Notes: generated by a model not told the origin, from the sequence alone. A stretch of DNA of 64,000 nucleotides from Oceanispirochaeta sp. (GCA_963666275.2 CAXXOA010000002.1:224001-288000); one strand, 5' to 3'; numbered from the stretch's first letter, positions 1 to 10,304 are shown. Program-made: numbers and translations.

Positions 1-3000
1 AGACCGCGTTGGTTACTGTTCCACCGCCGTTCAGGGATACATTCACTCCCGTGGCGGCTGTAGTCAGGGAAGACGCTGTTAAGGCTCCGGCCACGGTCAC
101 GGTTCCGCCTGTCTCCCCGGTCAGATCAAGGGTCCCAACTCCCAGCGCGGCTGAAGCCACACTGGCACCGCCACTGCCCTGAAGGATCAGATTGGAAGCT
201 CCCGTTACTGCTCCCAGGGTAATCAGTCCTGTCCCGCTGCTGAATGTGGTGTTTCCTGTAAGGCTGACTCCGGTTGTTCCGAAGTTGATCGCAGAATTCG
301 TTGAAGAGATGGTTCCATTCACGATCTTGCTGCTCGGTGATGTGGCTGTCACTCCGCCAGTAAAGGTAAAACCCGAACCAATCGTCAGGGTTCCTGTATT
401 CGTGAAACTGGATGTGGTGGTGATCGTCCCTCCCCCATTCAGGGCGACATTCATTCCTGTAGCTCCGGTGGACAGGCTGGTTCCGTTCAAAGCTCCAGAA
501 AAAGTGACCGATGTTGAATCACTCAGGGTCACTGCCCCTGCTGTCACTCCGGCAAAAGATGCTGTATCACTATCAGTAATGGTCAGATCATTACCGCCCG
601 TTGTGGCTCCGCTTACAGAGATAACTCCTGATGCACCCGCATCAAAGGTGACTCCTCCAGCACCAATTGTCAGATCATCAAGAGTAATGTCCTGACCCGC
701 TCCTCCTCCGGTTGCTATCGTTCCGGCAAGACTGTTGGTTCCCGCGGCGACAGAACTGACTCCTCCTGTAAAGGTAAAGCCTGCCCCTACCGTCACGTTT
801 CCAGTATTCAGGAAAGAGACCGCGTTGGTTACTGTTCCACCGCCGTTCAGGGATACATTCACTCCCGTGGCGGCTGTAGTCAGGGAAGACGCTGTTAAGG
901 CTCCGGCCACGGTCACGGTTCCGCCTGTCTCCCCGGTCAGATCAAGGGTCCCAACTCCCAGCGCGGCTGAAGCCACACTGGCACCGCCACTGCCCTGAAG
1001 GATCAGATTGGAAGCTCCCGCTACTGCTCCCAGGGTAATCAGTCCTGTCCCGCTGCTGAATGTGGTGTTTCCTGTAAGGCTGACTCCGGTTGTTCCGAAG
1101 TTGATCGCAGAATTCGTTGAAGAGATGGTTCCATTCACGATCTTGCTGCTCGGGGAAGTGGCTGTCACTCCGCCAGTAAAGGTAAAACCCGAACCAATCG
1201 TCAAAGTACCTGTATTTGAAAAGGTCACAGGATTGGTAACTGTCCCGCCCCCATTGAGAGCAATATTAACTCCTGTGCCGGCTGTCGTCAGGGAAGACGC
1301 TGTTAAAGCTCCAGCCACTGTCACGGTTCCGCCTGTCTCTCCAGCCAAATTGAACGTTCCCGCCCCAAGAGCGGCTGAAGCTATATTGGCACCGCCACTG
1401 CCCTGAAGGATCAGATTGGAAGCTCCCGTTACTGCTCCCAGGGTAATCAGTCCTGTCCCGCTGCTGAATGTGGTGTTTCCTGTAAGGCTGACTCCGGTTG
1501 TTCCGAAGTTGATCGCAGAATTCGTTGAAGAGATGGTTCCATTCACGATCTTGCTGCTCGGTGATGTGGCTGTCACTCCTCCGGTAAAGGTAAATCCCGA
1601 ACCAATCGTCAAAGTACCTGTATTTGAAAAGGTCACAGGATTTGTAACTGTCCCGCCCCCATTGAGAGAAATATTAACTCCCGTGGCGGCTGTAGTCAGG
1701 GAAGACGCTGTTAAGGCTCCGGCCACGGTCACGGTTCCGCCTGTCTCCCCGGTCAGATCAAGGGTCCCAACTCCCAGCGCGGCTGAAGCCACACTGGCAC
1801 CGCCACTGCCCTGAAGGATCAGATTGGAAGCTCCCGTTACTGCTCCCAGGGTAATCAGTCCTGTCCCGCTGCTGAATGTGGTGTTTCCTGTAAGGCTGAC
1901 TCCGGTTGTTCCGAAGTTGATCGCAGAATTCGTTGAAGAGATGGTTCCATTCACGATCTTGCTGCTCGGGGAAGTGGCTGTCACTCCGCCAGTAAAGGTA
2001 AAACCCGAACCAATCGTCAAAGTACCTGTATTTGAAAAGGTCACAGGATTGGTAACTGTCCCGCCCCCATTGAGAGCAATATTAACTCCTGTGCCGGCTG
2101 TCGTCAGGGAAGACGCTGTTAAAGCTCCGGCTACGGTCACGGTTCCGCCTGTCTCTCCAGCCAAATTGAACGTTCCCGCCCCAAGAGCGGCTGAAGCTAT
2201 ATTGGCACCGCCACTGCCCTGAAGGATCAGATTGGAAGCTCCCGTTACTGCTCCCAGGGTAATCAGTCCTGTCCCGCTGCTGAATGTGGTGTTTCCTGTA
2301 AGGCTGACTCCGGTTGTTCCGAAGTTGATCGCAGAATTCGTTGAAGAGATGGTTCCATTCACGATCTTGCTGCTCGGTGATGTGGCTGTCACTCCGCCAG
2401 TAAAGGTAAAACCCGAACCAATCGTCAGGGTTCCTGTATTCGTGAAACTGGATGTGGTGGTGATCGTCCCTCCCCCATTCAGGGCGACATTCATTCCTAT
2501 AGCTCCGGTGGACAGGCTGGTTCCGTTCAAAGCTCCAGAAAAAGTGACCGATGTTGAATCACTCAGGGTCACTGCCCCTGCTGTCACTCCGGCAAAAGAT
2601 GCTGTATCACTATCAGTAATGGTCAGATCATTACCGCCCGTTGTGGCTCCGCTTACAGAGATAACTCCTGATGCACCCGCATCAAAGGTGACTCCTCCAG
2701 CACCAATTGTCAGATCATCAAGAGTAATGTCCTGACCCGCTCCTCCTCCGGTTGCTATCGTTCCGGCAAGACTGTTGGTTCCCGCGGCGACAGAACTGAC
2801 TCCTCCTGTAAAGGTAAAGCCTGCCCCTACCGTCACGTTTCCAGTATTCAGGAAAGAGACCGCGTTGGTTACTGTTCCACCGCCGTTCAGGGATACATTC
2901 ACTCCCGTGGCGGCTGTAGTCAGGGAAGACGCTGTTAAGGCTCCGGCCACGGTCACGGTTCCGCCTGTCTCCCCGGTCAGATCAAGGGTCCCAACTCCCA

Positions 3001-6000
3001 GCGCGGCTGAAGCCACACTGGCACCGCCACTGCCCTGAAGGATCAGATTGGAAGCTCCCGTTACTGCTCCCAGGGTAATCAGTCCTGTCCCGCTGCTGAA
3101 TGTGGTGTTTCCTGTAAGGCTGACTCCGGTTGTTCCGAAGTTGATCGCAGAATTCGTTGAAGAGATGGTTCCATTCACGATCTTGCTGCTCGGTGATGTG
3201 GCTGTCACTCCGCCAGTAAAGGTAAAACCCGAACCAATCGTCAAAGTACCTGTATTTGAAAAGGTCACAGGATTGGTAACTGTCCCGCCCCCATTGAGAG
3301 CAATATTAACTCCTGTGCCGGCTGTCGTCAGGGAAGACGCTGTTAAAGCTCCGGCTACGGTCACGGTTCCGCCAGTCTCCCCGATCAGATCAAGGGTCCC
3401 AACTCCCAGCGCGGCTGAAGCCACACTGGCACCGCCACTGCCCTGAAGGATCAGATTGGAAGCTCCCGTTACTGCTCCCAGGGTAATCAGTCCTGTCCCG
3501 CTGCTGAATGTGGTGTTTCCTGTAAGGCTGACTCCGGTTGTTCCGAAGTTGATCGCAGAATTCGTTGAAGAGATGGTTCCATTCACGATCTTGCTGCTCG
3601 GGGATGTGGCTGTCACTCCGCCGGTAAAGGTAAAACCCGAACCAATCGTCAGGGTTCCTGTATTCGTGAAACTGGATGTGGTGGTGATCGTCCCTCCCCC
3701 ATTCAGGGCGACATTCATTCCTGTAGCTCCGGTGGACAGGCTGGTTCCGTTCAAAGCTCCAGAAAAAGTGACCGATGTTGAATCACTCAGGGTCACTGCC
3801 CCTGCTGTCACTCCGGCAAAAGAGGCTGTATCACTATCAGTAATGGTCAAATCATTACCGCCCGTTGTGGCTCCGCTTACAGAGATAACTCCTGATGCAC
3901 CCGCATCAAAGGTGACTCCTCCAGCACCAATTGTCAGATCATCAAGAGTAATGTCCTGACCCGCTCCTCCTCCGGTTGCTATCGTTCCGGCAAGACTGTT
4001 GGTTCCCGCGGCGACAGAAGTAACTCCTCCTGTAAAGGTAAAGCCTGCCCCTACCGTTACATTTCCTGTATTCAGGAAAGAGACCGCGTTGGTTACTGTT
4101 CCACCGCCGTTCAGGGATACATTCACTCCCGTGGCGGCTGTAGTCAGGGAAGACGCTGTTAAGGCTCCGGCCACGGTCACGGTTCCGCCTGTCTCCCCGG
4201 TCAGATCAAGGGTCCCAACTCCCAGCGCGGCTGAAGCCACACTGGCACCGCCACTGCCCTGAAGGATCAGATTGGAAGCTCCCGTTACTGCTCCCAGGGT
4301 AATCAGTCCTGTCCCGCTGCTGAATGTGGTGTTTCCTGTAAGGCTGACTCCGGTTGTTCCGAAGTTGATCGCAGAATTCGTTGAAGAGATGGTTCCATTC
4401 ACGATCTTGCTGCTCGGTGATGTGGCTGTCACTCCGCCAGTAAAGGTAAAACCCGAACCAATCGTCAGGGTTCCTGTATTCGTGAAACTGGATGTGGTGG
4501 TGATCGTCCCTCCCCCATTCAGGGCGACATTCATTCCTGTAGCTCCGGTGGACAGGCTGGTTCCGTTCAAAGCTCCAGAAAAAGTGACCGATGTTGAATC
4601 ACTCAGGGTCACTGCCCCTGCTGTCACTCCGGCAAAAGAGGCTGTATCACTATCAGTAATGGTCAGATCATTACCGCCCGTTGTGGCTCCGCTTACAGAG
4701 ATAACTCCTGATGCACCCGCATCAAAGGTGACTCCTCCAGCACCAATTGTCAGATCATCAAGAGTAATGTCCTGACCCGCTCCTCCTCCGGTTGCTATCG
4801 TTCCGGCAAGACTGTTGGTTCCCGCGGCGACAGAACTGACTCCTCCTGTAAAGGTAAAGCCTGCCCCTACCGTCACGTTTCCAGTATTCAGGAAAGAGAC
4901 CGCGTTGGTTACTGTTCCACCGCCGTTCAGGGATACATTCACTCCCGTGGCGGCTGTAGTCAGGGAAGACGCTGTTAAGGCTCCGGCCACGGTCACGGTT
5001 CCGCCTGTCTCCCCGGTCAGATCAAGGGTCCCAACTCCCAGCGCGGCTGAAGCCACACTGGCACCGCCACTGCCCTGAAGGATCAGATTGGAAGCTCCCG
5101 TTACTGCTCCCAGGGTAATCAGTCCTGTCCCGCTGCTGAATGTGGTGTTTCCTGTAAGGCTGACTCCGGTTGTTCCGAAGTTGATCGCAGAATTCGTTGA
5201 AGAGATGGTTCCATTCACGATCTTGCTGCTCGGGGAAGTGGCTGTCACTCCGCCAGTAAAGGTAAAACCCGAACCAATCGTCAAAGTACCTGTATTTGAA
5301 AAGGTCACAGGATTGGTAACTGTCCCGCCCCCATTGAGAGCAATATTAACTCCTGTGCCGGCTGTCGTCAGGGAAGACGCTGTTAAAGCTCCGGCTACGG
5401 TCACGGTTCCGCCTGTCTCTCCAGCCAAATTGAACGTTCCCGCCCCAAGAGCGGCTGAAGCTATATTGGCACCGCCACTGCCCTGAAGGATCAGATTGGA
5501 AGCTCCCGTTACTGCTCCCAGGGTAATCAGTCCTGTCCCGCTGCTGAATGTGGTGTTTCCTGTAAGGCTGACTCCGGTTGTTCCGAAGTTGATCGCAGAA
5601 TTCGTTGAAGAGATGGTTCCATTCACGATCTTGCTGCTCGGTGATGTGGCTGTCACTCCGCCAGTAAAGGTAAAACCCGAACCAATCGTCAGGGTTCCTG
5701 TATTCGTGAAACTGGATGTGGTGGTGATCGTCCCTCCCCCATTCAGGGCGACATTCATTCCTATAGCTCCGGTGGACAGGCTGGTTCCGTTCAAAGCTCC
5801 AGAAAAAGTGACCGATGTTGAATCACTCAGGGTCACTGCCCCTGCTGTCACTCCGGCAAAAGATGCTGTATCACTATCAGTAATGGTCAGATCATTACCG
5901 CCCGTTGTGGCTCCGCTTACAGAGATAACTCCTGATGCACCCGCATCAAAGGTGACTCCTCCAGCACCAATTGTCAGATCATCAAGAGTAATGTCCTGAC

Positions 6001-6530
6001 CCGCTCCTCCTCCGGTTGCTATCGTTCCGGCAAGACTGTTGGTTCCCGCGGCGACAGAACTGACTCCTCCTGTAAAGGTAAAGCCTGCCCCTACCGTCAC
6101 GTTTCCAGTATTCAGGAAAGAGACCGCGTTGGTTACTGTTCCACCGCCGTTCAGGGATACATTCACTCCCGTGGCGGCTGTAGTCAGGGAAGACGCTGTT
6201 AAGGCTCCGGCCACGGTCACGGTTCCGCCTGTCTCCCCGGTCAGATCAAGGGTCCCAACTCCCAGCGCGGCTGAAGCCACACTGGCACCGCCACTGCCCT
6301 GAAGGATCAGATTGGAAGCTCCCGTTACTGCTCCCAGGGTAATCAGTCCTGTCCCGCTGCTGAATGTGGTGTTTCCTGTAAGGCTGACTCCGGTTGTTCC
6401 GAAGTTGATCGCAGAATTCGTTGAAGAGATGGTTCCATTCACGATCTTGCTGCTCGGTGATGTGGCTGTCACTCCGCCAGTAAAGGTAAAACCCGAACCA
6501 ATCGTCAGGGTTCCTGTATTTGAAAAGGTC
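1..6530. repeat. Tandem intragenic array of 408-bp (136-aa) modules and 816-bp double modules
   Basis: Anchor GAAGGATCAGATTGGAAGCTCC recurs at 181, 997, 1405, 1813, 2221, 3037, 3445, 4261, 5077, 5485, 6301 (spacings 816/408). Confidence 0.97.
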
Positions 6531-6898
6531 ACAAGATTGGTGACGCTGCCACCGCTGTTCAGGGAGATATTATTTCCAGCAGAAACTGTCAGCGATGTTG
6601 TTGTTAACGAGCTATTAAAAGTAATATCTGCAGCAGCATTATTAATTTGAATATCTGAAAAAGTAACAGCAGGGATTGCAGTTAATGTAATGGTATATGC
6701 ACCGAATACAGCGATGTCACCTGCAACTGGAGAACCTGCATCTGAAACCCAGTTTAATGGATCAGTCCAGGAAGTATTATCCCCGTCAGCATCTGAGTTA
6801 CCATCCCAAATATAGGTAGCACCCCACCCCTGCAAAACAACCGAGAACAAAATAAATACTATTAAAAATCTCTTCTTCACACTCAAAATAAATCCCAT
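1..6898 (-). CDS. Giant secreted repeat protein (beta-helix/haemagglutinin-like adhesin or surface protein), 3'-truncated by window edge, >2299 aa
   Basis: Manual translation from ATG 6898 (alternative GTG 6880): MGFILSVKKRFLIVFILFSVVLQGWGATYIWDGNSDADGDNTSWTDPLNW..., a signal peptide followed by G/T/S/A/V-rich repeats (LNGGGTVTN, GFTFTGGV). No stop in the unique part or in the repeat types translated; all repeat spacings are multiples of 3. Absent from the ORF track because it has no stop in the window. Confidence 0.9.
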   Translation of the reverse strand, partial: MGFILSVKKRFLIVFILFSVVLQGWGATYIWDGNSDADGDNTSWTDPLNWVSDAGSPVAGDIAVFGAYTITLTAIPAVTFSDIQINNAAADITFNSSLTTTSLTVSAGNNISLNSGGSVTNLVTFSNTGTLTIGSGFTFTGGVTATSPSSKIVNGTISSTNSAINFGTTGVSLTGNTTFSSGTGLITLGAVTGASNLILQGSGGASVASAALGVGTLDLTGETGGTVTVAGALTASSLTTAATGVNVSLNGGGTVTNAVSFLNTGNVTVGAGFTFTGGVSSVAAGTNSLAGTIATGGGAGQDITLDDLTIGAGGVTFDAGASGVISVSGATTGGNDLTITDSDTASFAGVTAGAVTLSDSTSVTFSGALNGTSLSTGAIGMNVALNGGGTITTTSSFTNTGTLTIGSGFTFTGGVTATSPSSKIVNGTISSTNSAINFGTTGVSLTGNTTFSSGTGLITLGAVTGASNLILQGSGGANIASAALGAGTFNLAGETGGTVTVAGALTASSLTTAGTGVNIALNGGGTVTNPVTFSNTGTLTIGSGFTFTGGVTATSPSSKIVNGTISSTNSAINFGTTGVSLTGNTTFSSGTGLITLGAVTGASNLILQGSGGASVASAALGVGTLDLTGETGGTVTVAGALTASSLTTAATGVNVSLNGGGTVTNAVSFLNTGNVTVGAGFTFTGGVSSVAAGTNSLAGTIATGGGAGQDITLDDLTIGAGGVTFDAGASGVISVSGATTGGNDLTITDSDTASFAGVTAGAVTLSDSTSVTFSGALNGTSLSTGATGMNVALNGGGTITTTSSFTNTGTLTIGSGFTFTGGVTATSPSSKIVNGTISSTNSAINFGTTGVSLTGNTTFSSGTGLITLGAVTGASNLILQGSGGASVASAALGVGTLDLTGETGGTVTVAGALTASSLTTAATGVNVSLNGGGTVTNAVSFLNTGNVTVGAGFTFTGGVTSVAAGTNSLAGTIATGGGAGQDITLDDLTIGAGGVTFDAGASGVISVSGATTGGNDLTITDSDTASFAGVTAGAVTLSDSTSVTFSGALNGTSLSTGATGMNVALNGGGTITTTSSFTNTGTLTIGSGFTFTGGVTATSPSSKIVNGTISSTNSAINFGTTGVSLTGNTTFSSGTGLITLGAVTGASNLILQGSGGASVASAALGVGTLDLIGETGGTVTVAGALTASSLTTAGTGVNIALNGGGTVTNPVTFSNTGTLTIGSGFTFTGGVTATSPSSKIVNGTISSTNSAINFGTTGVSLTGNTTFSSGTGLITLGAVTGASNLILQGSGGASVASAALGVGTLDLTGETGGTVTVAGALTASSLTTAATGVNVSLNGGGTVTNAVSFLNTGNVTVGAGFTFTGGVSSVAAGTNSLAGTIATGGGAGQDITLDDLTIGAGGVTFDAGASGVISVSGATTGGNDLTITDSDTASFAGVTAGAVTLSDSTSVTFSGALNGTSLSTGAIGMNVALNGGGTITTTSSFTNTGTLTIGSGFTFTGGVTATSPSSKIVNGTISSTNSAINFGTTGVSLTGNTTFSSGTGLITLGAVTGASNLILQGSGGANIASAALGAGTFNLAGETGGTVTVAGALTASSLTTAGTGVNIALNGGGTVTNPVTFSNTGTLTIGSGFTFTGGVTATSPSSKIVNGTISSTNSAINFGTTGVSLTGNTTFSSGTGLITLGAVTGASNLILQGSGGASVASAALGVGTLDLTGETGGTVTVAGALTASSLTTAATGVNISLNGGGTVTNPVTFSNTGTLTIGSGFTFTGGVTATSPSSKIVNGTISSTNSAINFGTTGVSLTGNTTFSSGTGLITLGAVTGASNLILQGSGGANIASAALGAGTFNLAGETGGTVTVAGALTASSLTTAGTGVNIALNGGGTVTNPVTFSNTGTLTIGSGFTFTGGVTATSPSSKIVNGTISSTNSAINFGTTGVSLTGNTTFSSGTGLITLGAVAGASNLILQGSGGASVASAALGVGTLDLTGETGGTVTVAGALTASSLTTAATGVNVSLNGGGTVTNAVSFLNTGNVTVGAGFTFTGGVSSVAAGTNSLAGTIATGGGAGQDITLDDLTIGAGGVTFDAGASGVISVSGATTGGNDLTITDSDTASFAGVTAGAVTLSDSTSVTFSGALNGTSLSTGATGMNVALNGGGTITTTSSFTNTGTLTIGSGFTFTGGVTATSPSSKIVNGTISSTNSAINFGTTGVSLTGNTTFSSGTGLITLGAVTGASNLILQGSGGASVASAALGVGTLDLTGETGGTVTVAGALTASSLTTAATGVNVSLNGGGTVTNAV

Positions 6899-7165
6899 AC
6901 CGACGGAATAGTGATCTCCCAGTTTTAAAAGATAGACACTACTTAATATATCACGTAAGCAATAAGCTTTCATTTATCTTTCAGTAAATGAATTGAAAAA
7001 ATTTGTATGAACGTTTTTTATCCCGGAGATAAATGAGATTGAGTCCTCCCTTACCCCGGTACAATGTTTTTTTCCGGATAGGAATCTTCATTAAACATAA
7101 AGGCGTAACCAAACGATAATAATACTATTCAGATAAAAAAGTGTTATTAATAAAAGAGGCTCATA

Positions 7166-8860
7166 GTGCAGCTTTTCAAAAAGCGGAAACTCCTGAATAT
7201 AACAGCCCGGGAGATCCAGTTTCTGGACAATCTCTCTCTGTCTATTCTGGGTTTTGATAAAAAGAACCGTTTGATTTACGTAAGCCGTTACCTGAAAGAT
7301 CAGATTGGCCACGATACGATTCAGACAGGCATCACAAACCTGGAACTGCTGGATTTTCTGATTTCCATTGTGAATCCGGAAGATATCCGCTTTCTCAAAG
7401 AGAATCTTAAATCCGACCCCTCATGGGATCCCACGGGGACCCGTTTCCGCTACAGGATCAATGGAAAGCTCTACTCCTCAAAAATCATACTGGATACTCT
7501 CATATTGAAGGATTCCGGTCAGGAAGTATCCCTCTTTTTTCTCAAAGAGCAGAGAGAAACTCCGGAAACTGAACATTTGTCTCACATAAAAAGGAGCCTC
7601 ACTGGAAATTTCTATCTTCAGGAACATCTGAAAAACATCTTTGACCATCAGTATACCGAGGATAGACAGACCGCCCTCTTCCTTCTTTCAATAGATCAGT
7701 ACGAACAGATACAGAACAACCTGACTGAAGAAGAACTGAAGAGTATGAATCTGATCGTTCAGGAGCGTCTGAAAAGAAAAAATCCTACCATGGATCTGAT
7801 CAGTCACCGATGGGAGGAGGGACGATATGCGGGGATTCTTCCCCGGGTGGAATCCATTACTGAGCTGGCAAAACGAATGAATGCGATCCTCACGGCCTTT
7901 GAACATCCGATCCTCCTTTACACCAGTTCCCGGAAACTTCAGGTCAGTATGGGGCTAACCCTTTATCCCAGCCGCTGCAGCAGCATACAGAATATGATAA
8001 ATCAGGCGGAAATGGCACTTACCATTGCAGCCAGGCAGGGGGGGAACAGATATATTATCTACTCCCAGGAGCTGAAGGAGGGACAGCACCGTCCACACCT
8101 CATACATAACAGCCTGCCCCTGGCCCTGGAAAGGGAGGAAATGTTCCTCCGCTATCAGCCCCGTGTAGACAGCAGGGGCAATATCATCAGTGTGGAAACC
8201 CTGCTACGCTGGTATCATCCCGTGCTGGGCATGGTAAGTCCCGGAGAGTTCATCCCTCTGGCGGAGGACTCGGGCCAGATTATTCATGTGGGAGAGTGGG
8301 TACTGAAACAGGCCTGTCTGCAGGCGAAAAAGTGGATGCTGAACGGAATAGACCTTGTGGTCTCCGTGAATATATCACCGATTCAGATCCACCAGTTCAA
8401 CTCTTACAGGGTCATAGAGCAGATCCTCAAAGAAACCGGATTGCCTCCCGAAAGGCTGGAGCTTGAAGTGACAGAGATGACCCTGATGAACCATCTCGAG
8501 AAAACAGTGAATGCCCTCCGGAAAATCCACAACCTGGGGGTTAGGATTTCTCTGGACGACTTTGGCACCGGATTCTCTTCTCTGAGTTATCTTGGGACAT
8601 TTCCCGTGGATATTCTTAAAATTGACCAGTCCTTTGTAAAAGATATAATCCGGAACAATAACCATAAAAGCGTCGTTCAGGCGATTTACGATCTTGCAAG
8701 GAGCTTCCGATACCGGATCATTGCAGAGGGTGTCGAGACAGCTGAACAGGTTGAAATTCTGAAACAGATAGGCTGTGATGAGTTTCAGGGATTTTACTAC
8801 CATAAACCGATGACATCCGAAGAAGTGGAAGACCTGTACATTATGAGGGTCGTCTCATAG
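7166..8860 (+). CDS. c-di-GMP phosphodiesterase (PAS-like + degenerate GGDEF + EAL)
   Basis: EAL motifs ETLLRW, VSVNIS, ELEVTE, DDFGTGFSSL, KIDQSF, EGVE, QG intact; the GGDEF position reads RWEEGRY. Confidence 0.88.
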   Translation: MQLFKKRKLLNITAREIQFLDNLSLSILGFDKKNRLIYVSRYLKDQIGHDTIQTGITNLELLDFLISIVNPEDIRFLKENLKSDPSWDPTGTRFRYRINGKLYSSKIILDTLILKDSGQEVSLFFLKEQRETPETEHLSHIKRSLTGNFYLQEHLKNIFDHQYTEDRQTALFLLSIDQYEQIQNNLTEEELKSMNLIVQERLKRKNPTMDLISHRWEEGRYAGILPRVESITELAKRMNAILTAFEHPILLYTSSRKLQVSMGLTLYPSRCSSIQNMINQAEMALTIAARQGGNRYIIYSQELKEGQHRPHLIHNSLPLALEREEMFLRYQPRVDSRGNIISVETLLRWYHPVLGMVSPGEFIPLAEDSGQIIHVGEWVLKQACLQAKKWMLNGIDLVVSVNISPIQIHQFNSYRVIEQILKETGLPPERLELEVTEMTLMNHLEKTVNALRKIHNLGVRISLDDFGTGFSSLSYLGTFPVDILKIDQSFVKDIIRNNNHKSVVQAIYDLARSFRYRIIAEGVETAEQVEILKQIGCDEFQGFYYHKPMTSEEVEDLYIMRVVS

Positions 8861-8917
8861 ACGGGCATTGGATCCTCCCGATCCTGTAAAAACCCGGCAT
8901 CTCCCGGGGATTCAGAA

Positions 8918-8945
8918 TTGACTAAGACGGACATAAAGCTACAAT
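8918..8945 (+). promoter_or_regulatory. sigma70-like promoter, probably leaderless
   Basis: TTGACT-N16-TACAAT, 7 nt before ATG 8953, no Shine-Dalgarno. Confidence 0.55.
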
Positions 8946-8952
8946 TGACTCT

Positions 8953-9807
8953 ATGAAATTTGAAATAGACCAGTCTGTTTGTACCGGATGCGGGCTCTGC
9001 ATCAAAGAATGCCCCCCCGGAACAGTCAAAAAAGATGAGAAAACATCCAGAGTATCCATAGTGCAGGAAAACTGCATCGAGTGCAGTCACTGCGGCATGA
9101 TCTGTCCTGTGGGAGCAGTGAAGGCCGACGGACAGGACCTTCCCGGAATTCCGAAAAGTCTGAACCTCACAGAATATGAAAGGGCAGACCGCCTTATCAG
9201 GACAAAAAGATCCATCCGCCACTACAGGTCGGCTCCTCTTGTCCGGGAAGATCTTCAGGATATCCTTTACACCGGTTCGATTACCGCCACAGCCAGTAAC
9301 TCCCGGCATGTGAGCCCCGTTGTTCTGCAGGGAGGAGAGGTAGCCGCAGCGGCAGCACTGATTGCCAGAGAACTGCTGAAGGTTGTCGGTTTACTGAACA
9401 ATCCTCTGGTCCGGGCCCTGACAAGGAAAACGCCCATGGCCCGGTATACGGGCAAAGAGATGATGGACAGAAATATCAGAGCCCTGAAAAAAACTCTCAA
9501 AGGCAAGGGTGATCCCCTCTTTTTCCATGCGCCGGCGGTGATTATTCTGACCTACCCCAAAAAGGGAAAACGCTTCGGCCGCACCGACTGCTCCCTGGCG
9601 GGAGCCCATATGATGCTGTCCGCCCATGCAAGAGGAATCGGATCCTGTATGATCGGGTTTGCCGAAGCGGCACTCTGGAGAAAAGCCGCCAGAAAGCAGC
9701 TTGGAATTCCTGAGGACAGGAAAATCGGACTGATTTTCACACTGGGGTATACGGATAAAAAATACTACCGTTATCCTGTCAGAAACTCATGGGAGCCGGC
9801 GGAGTAA
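8953..9807 (+). CDS. Nitroreductase family protein with N-terminal 2x[4Fe-4S] ferredoxin domain
   Basis: CTGCGLCIKECP and CIECSHCGMICP; KRSIRHY; GIGSCMIG. Confidence 0.9.
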   Translation: MKFEIDQSVCTGCGLCIKECPPGTVKKDEKTSRVSIVQENCIECSHCGMICPVGAVKADGQDLPGIPKSLNLTEYERADRLIRTKRSIRHYRSAPLVREDLQDILYTGSITATASNSRHVSPVVLQGGEVAAAAALIARELLKVVGLLNNPLVRALTRKTPMARYTGKEMMDRNIRALKKTLKGKGDPLFFHAPAVIILTYPKKGKRFGRTDCSLAGAHMMLSAHARGIGSCMIGFAEAALWRKAARKQLGIPEDRKIGLIFTLGYTDKKYYRYPVRNSWEPAE

Positions 9808-9817
9808 ATAACGCGTC

Positions 9818-10258
9818 TCAGGTGTTATAGCCTTTCTCTTCGAGCCAGGCCAGTAGTCCCGGCATGATACCGGGGAAGCGGGTGTTTTCAACGGGAAAGG
9901 TTTTAACAAAAGCTACCTCTTCGATCTCATACTCCTCGGGGAGAGGATCAAACTCCTGAATTTCCGAATGGTAGATGGCTCCCCAGCTCATGCTGTCTCC
10001 GTTATCCACACTGAAGTCACCTATCCGGGAAAGGGAGTACTTTGTGGCACCGGTTTCTTCGTACAATTCTCTGTGAGTCGCCTCATCAATAGTTTCACCC
10101 TCTTCGCGGTGTCCTCCGGGAAATCCCCAGTCAGTTTTCCCTTTAAGACGGACAATAACCCATTTGCCTTTATGCCTGGCGGCGATGACCATATATTCCA
10201 GCAGAGCGTCCTCGGCGGTGCCTTCGGGGGCGATACTGTGGAGATCTCGTTTTATCAT
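9818..10258 (-). CDS. NUDIX hydrolase
   Basis: Nudix box GGHREEGETIDEATHRELYEETG. Confidence 0.92.
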   Translation of the reverse strand: MIKRDLHSIAPEGTAEDALLEYMVIAARHKGKWVIVRLKGKTDWGFPGGHREEGETIDEATHRELYEETGATKYSLSRIGDFSVDNGDSMSWGAIYHSEIQEFDPLPEEYEIEEVAFVKTFPVENTRFPGIMPGLLAWLEEKGYNT

Positions 10259-10304
10259 GAATCTATTCTATCAGGATCGGGGTGCCCCTTCCAGCCGGGA
10301 AGAC

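Noticed and set aside
1..6530. Repeat array as CRISPR or a diversity-generating retroelement
   Set aside because: Units are 408 bp, coding and lack unique spacers. Differences are not adenine-specific, and no cas or reverse transcriptase gene is in the window.
192..6650. Series of Pro/Val-rich + strand ORFs (87-167 aa)
   Set aside because: Antisense shadows of the giant minus-strand gene: TTG starts, no SD, composition mirrors Gly/Thr codons.
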